From NCBI GenBank assembly GCA_030141605.1, contig JAQGDQ010000111.1, forward strand, positions 62,001 through 126,000: DNA of 64,000 nt. The letters are read 5' to 3'. Source of the DNA: Tubiluchus corallicola (taxonomy: Eukaryota; Animalia; Priapulida). This document shows positions 1 through 10,200 of the stretch, in pieces (position 1 is the stretch's first letter; every line of letters starts with the position of its first letter). The notes under the pieces are model-generated. The model was not told the DNA's origin and ran no database searches. It saw nothing but the letters and a program-made list of their open reading frames with translations. The translations under genes were made by a program, and so were the position numbers.

Positions 1-120
1 TAAGGCGAGACAGCTTAATAATTCGCGTTGCTATGTTTTCTACGTGATGCGCTAATCCTAAAAGGTGGGAAGAAGTTCAGACGCAAATTCGCCTATTGTT
101 TAGCCGAATGACACGTAGAC

Positions 121-380
121 GAGAGCAGTGACCGAGTGGTCACGATAGGTACTTAGGTGAAAAGTTAAGGATCGCTTGGCCTGGTTAATTAGTGGATGGA
201 TCATCGCCGGGAAACAAGCATCTCGGGGTTTTATCTGACACCATGCTGCTGTTGTTTCTCTCATTGAGGTAGGAGGTATAAGTGTCTGAACTTGACTGAG
301 ACACCGCTGCTGTTGACTATCTCAACTTGGAGTAGTAATTTTGCTAATGAGCTGAATTCTGGTCCAGCCACAACCAAGAT
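121..380 (+). mobile_element. SINE with tRNA-like 5' start fused to a 5S rRNA-derived segment (copy 1)
   Basis: GAGCAGTGACCGAGTGGT (tRNA A-box-like), then AAAGTTAAGG..GGCCTGGTTAATTAGTGGATGGATCATCGCCGGGAAA resembling the 5S rRNA internal control region. The tail CTAATGAGCTGAATTCTGGTCCAGCCACAACCA recurs in other copies in the window. Confidence 0.6.
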
Positions 381-2429
381 TATCAATAATCTGCGTTAAT
401 TCAAGTGATAAGTTGTGCTAGACCGTAACCACCACATGCCATTACCGAATACACTAGCAAGAACATTACAACAATATACTACCAAGAATACATTCCCTCT
501 TCACCTATGTTGTATTGCTGCATAATTCACATTTACATGCCCTTATATGTGCGCTTAAAGAGCCATGTCAAAGACGAAGAACACCCCATTGTGCTTGCTA
601 TGCAGCCATTTTACTGCTTTCAAAGATTTCCCCAGTTGAAGGATTATTAGCCTAAGTAATACTGCTGCAGTCAATGTAGGCAGACTGCATTATTTATAAT
701 ACATTTATGCAATTATTTATAATACATTTATGCAAAGGCAGACGTCTACTGATGCTACTGAAGCTCAGAGCTGTAGTTAAAGAGATAATTAGGAACATTA
801 GATACTCCATTGGGAGTGTTAGCCTACTCATTAGCCCTCCTGTGTGTTTGTGTCAGGGCTACTAGCTTATTTGTAACATCCGTATTGATTTTCTTGCATC
901 TTACATACTGCAAAGATCATATGCTTTCCTTCACGCAGCAATGAATGCATTCAGCTGCCAAAGTCTAAGATAATGGTTATTAGTACTAGATTTTCATAGT
1001 GTGTTGTAGTGAGTGGTTTGCTAAACACGCATTGCATTAGTCGGTTTGCAAAGTTTCTCGACTTCTTCGCTTATAGATATATATATAATTTATTGGTTAT
1101 GCTCATTCACCAGCATTTGAATTAATTTCCCAGACTTTCTGTCACTGTTTAAACAGGCATCAGCTTGTAATGATTCATTTTATGCACAAGACAGTATTAG
1201 CACTGTTCACACGTTGCAATCGCTATCTAATTACGCTTAAACTGATATGAACTGCTATATTTTTAACATCGTATGAGAGAAACATTTTGGTCTAAGAAGG
1301 GACAGAGCCAGCAAAGGTGCTTTGCAAATGCCCTTGAGATAATCTTTATGCTTTTAAAGTTACATGCGCGTCATGTTCTCAGCTGACATTGCTGAGTCAG
1401 CAGTAAATACTGTAAAAGTTTGTCCTCTAAACATCAAATTCATTATTACAAAAACAAGCTCATTTTAACTGTAACTAATTTAGACTAGGTGTTTCCTGTT
1501 TGGTAATTTTCGCAACGCTGATATATAGATAGTGGTCCATGAGGTCATGCTGAGAAGGTGGTTATTACTTGTTATTATCTTTAACGATCTCGGTTAGTTT
1601 AAAGAAAGAAACGCAATTTGTCCTCATTTCTCAAATTTACGTGCGAACATTAATGCTTTATTGATTTATATCTTTGCCCCGTGTTCAATCATTTGTTTGT
1701 TGTAACTGCATACCTATGCTTTTAATTCTTGGGTTATGCATAATCCTTATCTTAGTTTACGGCTACTTTGGATAAAGTGCTGACACGAGTAAACTACTTC
1801 ATGTTTAACTGGATACACCATTTTTTACTAAAATCATCAAAGGTGTTAGCATTCGTGAAACCATACCTACATATTACCTGTACAAGAACACAAAAACATA
1901 CCTCGTTTCTATATGTAATCAATCACTAGTATTAATAAATAAATAACCAAACATTTACTTATTTATTATCATCGTGTACGCAGTAAGTAGTGTCAGGGCA
2001 CAGAAGAGATGGCGCGTAATTTTGCTAAATTACCACGACAATTTTCTTTTTCTTATTGCCAGTTACTTGGGTTGCAGATTTGATATTTTACAAGCTAGCA
2101 CGGGGATCCGATAATAGAATTCACGTGTTTCTATTCTATCAATGATCATAATCTTAATAATCATCATCGTCGCCACCACCACCGCCATCCTCGTCGTTAT
2201 CATCAAAATAAATGTTTATTTAAGAATGTAGTAAAGTAATCTGCAGTAAAGTAAGCTATATGTATGTATGTAGTTTATATTTATTTACATATCCAAGTAA
2301 GGCATACAAATTAGGACGCACCTGTATATGTTCAAAAGTTAGACGATTATAAAATTTATCTATATCATTTACTAACACTAGAAACACCACTAAATAAAAT
2401 TAAATATGCAGTATTGTACATTTGTTATT

Positions 2430-2761
2430 GTTTGTAGATTAGCTATTTACTATTTATTGCATCTTTTTTCCTATAACTTTATCACTGTTTTTTGTTGATA
2501 TTGTTTTTTCTTATATCTGATTTGTAGTTTTTTCTAGCAGTTTTGCAGCGCTTATAGTTTTTATTTTATTAATTTAAGAAGACTAGCTGATTCGATAACC
2601 CGATGGTCTTTCGTTACCCTTTCTCTTTCACTCTCTTAATCTCTGCTGAATATATTATATTTTCTTCCTTTTATTTTCGTGTAAACTTTGTATGATTAAT
2701 CAATTTTGTATTTTATGTAAATGTGCACTAGAAGAGATTAATAAACTTGTCTATGTCTATG
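2430..2761 (+). mobile_element. 3' end of a non-LTR retroelement family (stem-loop, AATAAA, (GTCTAT)n tail)
   Basis: Homologous to 20345-20987 (+) and 25690-25960 (-). Ends AATAAACTTGTCTATGTCTATG. The 5' boundary is approximate. Confidence 0.55.
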
Positions 2762-2813
2762 TTTAATCCGTTGCTCTGAAAGTTATTCTAATATTAACCC
2801 TTTCTCAAACTTG

Positions 2814-2903
<90 letters not shown>

Positions 2904-2943
2904 GCGTGTGCGTGTGCGTGTGCGTGTGCGTGTGCGTGTGTGT
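2814..2943. repeat. compound microsatellite (TA)n(TG)n(CGTGTG)n
   Basis: Directly visible; explains spurious ORFs 2805-3059 and 2811-3077. Confidence 0.97.
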
Positions 2944-3196
2944 CTTCCGGCGTTGATGTGTTTCAAGCGTCCATTAGTTGTGCCATTGTAAGAATATTTG
3001 ACAACATCAAAGTGATCATGTTGTTTGGCACCATGTGTAATGCAATGCAGGTGAATCACCCCTGCTGGTTTGTTTAAATTTATGGTCAGTTTTTACTCTG
3101 TAGCTAACAAATTTGGGCCAGTGAACTCAAGATGAAGAGCAACTGATCACCGTTTGTACGCGTTTCAGTTGTTCCGAACTCTGACCAGTGACAGTG

Positions 3197-3232
3197 TATA
3201 TAGCCGCTAAACGTCACACGTTTCCTCTCAGA
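3197..3232 (+). promoter_or_regulatory. possible core promoter of the nuclear receptor gene (TATA + Inr-like)
   Basis: TATATAG at 3197-3203 and TCAG about 30 nt downstream. The first coding exon has an upstream acceptor (TTTTTTCAG, 4080), so a non-coding first exon is needed. Confidence 0.3.
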
Positions 3233-3929
3233 GACTGCCATTGTCCGCTCGGTCACATTGGTCAATTTTATCTGTGACCATGAAATAATCAGATTTTTTC
3301 TCCGCTTCTTCCGAGCACAGATTTCAATGTTCAAACACTTTATCATTTTTTATAAATTTTTGTTGGATATTTAATTGAAATATTTTTCACGAAACTGCTT
3401 GTACTGTGTGTTAGTGGACAAATGTCTGGGACTGTTACTGCTTGAGTATATTAATAAAATAAATAAATACATGCATTGTTAAATTCTTTGCCGCTTTGGT
3501 AACTTCTGTTTCCATAGCGCAACACTACTGTTATAATTTTTGCATGTAAATGTATGAAAGTTACATTGAGTGACCCTAGATGGTAATATGCAGTTAGCTT
3601 GCAGTCCAAGGAGGTTTTAGCTGTGCAAGAAGCTAAATTAGGGACGGTGGCTGCTAGTGAAGTTTGACAAAACTAGGCTCTTTGTGCCTGGTTACAGCCT
3701 ACCTTAGCCCATTGGTCATTTTACTGGCCAACTAAATGTAGCTAATCACCACAGTTAGAACTTTTAAAATGTCATTACTAATGGCCAATTTCTTTGTACA
3801 AGGTCAGGGCACTAATCACTGCAACCTCCTCTAACATTTTATTTTTCCTGGGCCCGCGACTGCATATGTTTTACTAAGTTAATCACTGTTGGAACCATTG
3901 TTTGAACAGATTTATTATGATATGACATC

Positions 3930-4018
3930 GCGCGCCATGCCTCATCCAATATTCTCATCCAAATCCTATGACGCCATGCCAAATTCTCATCCAAATCCTA
4001 TGACGCCACGCCACGCCA
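3930..4018. repeat. short tandem duplication (ATTCTCATCCAAATCCTATGACGCCA) x2 with GCCAT/GCCAC subrepeats
   Basis: Directly visible just upstream of the first coding exon acceptor. Confidence 0.75.
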
Positions 4019-4099
4019 TACAACACATTATAATTACGTCACGATGTGACATAATGAGGTAACGTTGGCACTTTTTTCAGAATGACCAGGTTTTGAAAC

Positions 4100-4225
4100 A
4101 TGGCCGGCCAAGAAGACAAGACTTCGGAAGACAGGCGTGTGCTGGCTAACATCCTTACTTGCCTTGTCTGCGGTGACGAAGCGTCCGGATTTCATTATGG
4201 CGTCGAGACATGTGAGGGATGTAAG
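4100..4225 (+). CDS. nuclear receptor coding exon 1 (short A/B region + zinc finger 1, P-box CEGCK)
   Basis: ATG at 4100; donor AAG|GTGAG at 4226. Confidence 0.9.
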
Positions 4226-7200
4226 GTGAGACCCGTAAAATTGTCCTGCTGCCTTGGAATACTAAATGGGCATGCTTATTTTCGTTTTGTGCATACAATT
4301 GGTATCAAAATAGAACAACTGCATAGTGTGCGGAAATTTTGTGTAATTCAAAGCAGGTGATTTTTTATTGTCTATGACGTGCGGTACGTGTTACACGAGT
4401 AAAAGAGGCAGTCGTATAATTTTCTCGTTTTCGTGCTAGGTTGGCCAGGGTGGCCACGTGATTTAGATTTCGGACTGCAACTACGCAGCCTTGAGTTCGA
4501 TACTAGAAGCTGCCAATGCCAGGAGATATGCTCTTTGTGTTATTCGTTATTTGTATGTTGCGTACTTACCTATATTGTAAGTCGCTAAATAGCCGTTAGT
4601 ACTAATGTCGTCTGTTAAATGAGTGGCGGTAAATAAATCTCGTCTTCGTCTTTTGCACATGCGCGTCGCCATGGTTTCATTTTCAGCAGATAACCACGTG
4701 TTGGTTTTCGTAATGTGATAAGAACGTAGAGGTTTACTAGGCATTATTAGCCACAGCTTGTCGCGGCGCAGTGAAAATATGGCAGTAATTAATCATGCAG
4801 GGAAGATATTAAATTTTCGCTAGCAAGTGTTTGCATAATTTTGCTCTTCCCGTTTTAGAGTAATTACGTGAGTTTATTGTAGAACGTATTACTCTTATTA
4901 GAGGTTTGTTATTAGAACCCTGTTGTTATTAGATTACAAATTATAATTATTGTGAATTATTAGTGTTATTAGTTGCTGTATATTGCTAATATTGCTACTA
5001 TAAATAACATAAATATTCTAGCTGTTCTTATTAATATTAATGCACATATACTTGCGTCCAAAAAGTGCAATGAGAAAATGCGACGAGCGAGCGTCATGTT
5101 GTCAGGCGTGTTGTCAGGCACGGAATGGCATGCTGTGTGGCAGAAACGGCTTTTAGTAATTTTTACCTAGCTGTGATCTGTTGCACGATTCGCACATTTT
5201 GCTCAATTACCAATAATTTCCGCACGTTGCAGGTACTTGTGTATTTGTGCCCTATATGATCCTTGGCAAGTTGGCACTTAAGCTGCATCAAGAATTGATG
5301 TACTGTTTTATTTGCTATCACCAGTCCATATTATGCACATCGGTTTGGTATGTGCGTTGGAAAGATGTTTGGGAACATAGGGACAATCAGATATGGCCTT
5401 CTATCCCAGCAAGAGCTGACGTTGTAAACAAAACTGCCTCAAGTTTTACGTATTTTAGACCTGGTCGCTGAATCAGACGCACACACCGTTGTGGTATTTT
5501 GTAGATGCATGTGTGCTGTGCATGTACCCTAAGGGCCCTTAGCTTCAGTTTGAACTTCTAGTGCAACGGTTCTCAACCTTTTTAGAGCGTTAACCCCAAG
5601 TCGACCATTCAGTGCCTCCATTAACCCCCATCTCTACCCCTGGAAGGAAAAATAACTGAAATAATTCAAATTTCAATTTGAAACAGTCCCAGATTCCAGG
5701 AATTTGATTGTGATTGTAACAAGTTTGAGGACCGTTCCCATGAGAAAGCCACCAAGATATCAACTAGCTACGTCAGATTCAATAGCATTGCGTGGGTGGG
5801 GGTAACAATATGCTTTGATCTCACTGTGACACTGTCTTTATGTTCACTTATCGCTTAATACATCACTCTGCAATCTAATAACAGGCCTGATCTAATAAAT
5901 AGGTGATTTTTTTTCTTCTGCATGTAAATTCCCATTAACCCCCAGAATTGGTGCCATTAACCCCCTGGGGGTTAATTAACCCCCGGTTGAGAAACCCCCT
6001 TCTAGTGTAATTCATAAATCACAAACAACTTTGTGTTTAAAGCACAAGAAAACCCTCCACTTACATAAAACTTAAAAACTCGTCTTGAAATTTTATACCG
6101 CTTACATATTGCCTTTTTGTGTACAGGACTTGCATCTGCAGTAACGTTGTATAAAACTTGTAAATTTAAACTTCCGTGATAACTGTTAGGCGCAGCCATT
6201 TTAATGGTAGGTCGTTTGAAACAAGTTTAGATAAAATTGCGTGAAGTTTGAAAAAATAATCACAGGACATAATTTAACATTGCTTTTTCTTTCCCTGATT
6301 TACGTTTGCATAACAAAATGACGTCATGTAATGGCGACTTCAAAACAGTATTGCGAGAGATAAGATTTAAAATGAAAACAAATGAAAAATCCTTACAGTA
6401 TGATGTATGCAAAAATTGCTGTAAGGTAGTATAATTTTTAAGGCGATTTTTCTGAAACCTACTTCAGGTACCCCTTTTCTTATCCTTTAATTAGATATCA
6501 ATTGACTGAAACAAAATACAACATGATCATCATCATGAGCCCAATTCTGTCTGCTACAGACACTGGCAGGCAGAATTCGTAACTAAAATAAATCTACCCT
6601 CAAGTCAGGTAAACACTGCAGTCAATCTAGTAGAAAACTAGACATGTTATTACAGTGATTTGCCACAACAAAAAATACTATTTAAACTGATAAAAGAATT
6701 AACTTTAATGAACTGTCAAAATGTCCCTGTTGAACTGCGATCTCGATGCAAGCTGCAACAATGCATCATCAAAATATTGTAAAATATAAGAGGAAATCCT
6801 TTATTTAAGCATGAACCAATGTTGTGCTTTATTAATAAAAAGTGTAGTTCCACCTATTTGCCTAACACAGTACAAAGTCAAAGCAAGTCATCAGTTTTGC
6901 CAGCTATTTGTCGTATGATTTTTGTCAACAGTTACTTGCACTATAACTTTTCTATTAGGTGTAAAACCGAAATTTACCTCTCCTTTGTTGATATCATTTA
7001 ATGGGAAACTCATTGCTGCATTGTCATATCTGTCTTCACTGCGTGACATGCTCTCTTTTTTCTTGCAGGGTTTTTTTCGTAGGCGTTTGCTTCATGGCCT
7101 CCAACACCAGTGCATCAACAACGGACAGTGCATCATCAACCGCATCACTAGAAACTCGTGTCAGCCATGCCGCCTGAAGAAGTGTTATGCTGTTGGCATG

Positions 7201-10200
7201 TCCAAGGATGGTACGGGCTTAAACTTTAGGACGAAAGATTCCTGTTTTTGGTTTTTGTCCTGCATTGAAACTGCTCAGCAAAAATTGCTTCCTGCAGTTT
7301 TGATAGTGCTGCAGTTTTGTCATTCACTCTGTTGCTAACTCTAGATTCTCCGAAATTCTGATTACACCAATTGCATATGAACCACTTTTACAGTCTGCAA
7401 TAGTTAGAGTGGTGAAGCATTTATTTGAGCTTGTTCTGTCATGATTAGATTTAGATTAGATTAGATTAGATTAAATTTATTGACTACTTTTAACAGCGAG
7501 ACTCGGCAAAGTCGACAGAGTGTCTGGGTCAAGGTCAACATGATCCTGACCCCGAACCTCGATTCCAAATCCTGTTACCAAATGTTTAGTCCCATCTTCA
7601 AATCTTGTTCCCAAACTCCTCGTCCTGTCCCAACCCTGAACTTTAGTAAAATTTATAATATTTGAAAAACGACATTTACATAAGGTTTTTGAGGCACATC
7701 AAGAAAAATGTTCCAAATTATTCATTGCTTAAATTTCACAAGAACGTAGTTTTTATTGTGTTTATTTTCAAAGCTTAGCTGCATTCGTTCGTTACCCTCT
7801 ATTTTTCACATTTTTTCGTGGGATGGACAGAGGGAGAGTGCATTCAACCAGTATGTGAGTGTAATTAATTAATTCTGGCGAGTGTGGTTTGCCAGTAATA
7901 TTGGGGTAATTTACCAAAATATATAGAATAGTGTGACCGTCTTACAAAATATATTTTGTGTAGTTTTTGTCTCATTGCCACTCCTGTTATCTTGTTTATC
8001 AGAAATCTGCCCGAGCTCTTAATGTTACTTGGTCATATATATGCATAATCATTCTTTCTAACTATTATTTTAACTTCACAGGAGAGAGATTCCCATAAGG
8101 TTACATTACTTTTACTTAGCATATTGAAATATGCAGGTTCATGCATATTTTGATTAGCTGGCAGGATGCTGGCTGTGCTAGAGCTAAAATTGTGTAATTT
8201 CACTGTATACTGATAATTTACTGATAGTATGTATGGTTCGGGGTCGGGAACCATGATTCCAAACATTTGCTCTTTGACCCGAACCCCAATCCCAAACACT
8301 TCACCTCAAAAACCAAAAATTCCGAACATCGAACACAATTAGCTTCGTAAACCCTAATTAAGAGTCCTAAGCAATATTATTTCCAACAAAAGAAGTTTTT
8401 TCAGCCTGACAGCAGGTATTTTTCATCTTGTGTGTCACCACTAGAACCCTGTCTACAGCAAGTTAGCCTTGGTCTCTGCCTCCATCTTCCAGGTTCCATT
8501 GAACGGATGTCACGAGTCCAGCAAATTCTGCTCCCTTTTGTCATACAGGAATGGTATTTGAGTAAAGCGAGCATTAAAGTGGTTTTAGATCCTGAAAATG
8601 GTGTTACAAATGAGTGTAGAATATCACTATCTCAGAGTGAAGATATTTTGGTTTATTCCACTTGTCTTTTTTCATGATTGTCTCACTGCCTGTAACAAAT
8701 TCATCTGTAAACCACTTTGCAACGGCGTCACATCATATCATGTCATAGTTGACCAGTCATTCTATGGCATCTTTTAATTATTTTCCGATCCTTTGTATGT
8801 AAGACTTAAATTCTTGTTTTTTTTGTGTAGGTTGTAGACTGGGTAGAAGGCCCAAAATGACTGCGTTTAATGGAAGTCAGAAAGGCTTTTGCGATTCTGC
8901 GCCACCAACATGTTCCACTATTGACATGGAATCGCTGTATGAAATATCTTCTGTTGGAAGACCTGCAGACAACAGAATTGTGACTGACAACACATTGTCT
9001 CCTAGAAGAGCTCATGAAGATGGCACTATTTGCAATGGTAGTTTGGTATCACCTTCTAGTACAAGCTTGACATCACCTAAATCAGCACCCGAATCAGTCA
9101 ACAGTTTGCGTTCACCTTTGTCTTGTAACCAAAGTCCTGAAATGGTTGATAATGTTCCTAAAAGAGAAGCATCTGAATGCAAACAGTCCTGCAATGGCAA
9201 AGAAGGCGATTGCCCCCCTTTGTTACCCATTCACAAAGACAAGTCAGATTTGACAAGTCTCGTGTATGAACCAGCCGAAGAAGGAACTGACGTGAACTCC
9301 ATGCCTGGCAAAATTTTTCCCTTGTACGTTGGCGTCAATCCTTCTTCCTGTGTTCCACTGTTCATGATGGTGAAAGCAATTTCTGGCACAAACCGTGTTG
9401 TGCCAATAATGGGACCAAATGGACCACACATTATACCGATTACCTCACTGACTTCAACTCAAATGACACAGTCTTCTGGCAGCGTATCATCGTCGTGCTC
9501 AGAATCGTCATCTGGAACCAAAACGTCGCCCTCTTTGACTACTGCCAAAGAAAGTAACCTACGCTCGTTGGATTCTGAGTTAAAACATTGCGATAAAGAA
9601 AAAAATCAAGAAACTACTGATTTGCTGATTGAAACTAATGAATTTGTATCTTATAACACTCAGGAAAAACCTTTGAAACGCCCTTCATTTGGCGAAGAAG
9701 ACCTACAGCCAAAAACAAAGCGGCCACATCCAAGTGAAATGTCTTCATCAAACACGAGTGAAGAAGAGATGTCCTTTAGTGATATGCCACATCTCCGTTA
9801 TATCGTTAAATCACCATCCTCATTTGGGGAACTGACCAGACTCCAACGAGAACTAGAAGCTTACCGTCATCCAGAAAAAAGCAATCGAAGACATTCTGAT
9901 GTTCCAAAGACGAAAAAAGCTCAAGCCTATCGTAGATCCTCATTACCTGCACTCGTAGAATCTCCACGCCAGTGCTATTCATCTGACCGATTAACTACTC
10001 AAACTAATCCTCATAGTTGCTTCACATACAAAGATGATGTGCAAGTGCCAGTAAATGATGGCAACGCAGCCGTTAACCATTTTAGTGCAGCAACCTCGCC
10101 TACCGAGCACCTGGATAAAAGAACTAATTTACAGCCAGTAGAAGACCCCATTGTAAGTCAGCGCCACCAAATATCTAGGATACAGTATGGGTGCATTAGA

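Noticed and set aside
121-232. Functional 5S rRNA gene
   Set aside because: The 5' third of 5S is missing, the copies are diverged and they carry a common unrelated tail, consistent with a SINE.
2805-3077. ORFs with HT/RT or VC/AC repeats
   Set aside because: Translations of a (TG)n microsatellite.
4443-4514. Functional tRNA-Cys gene
   Set aside because: A/B boxes are present but the stems pair poorly; better read as a SINE head. Similar lone B-boxes occur near 14591 and near 63570 (-).
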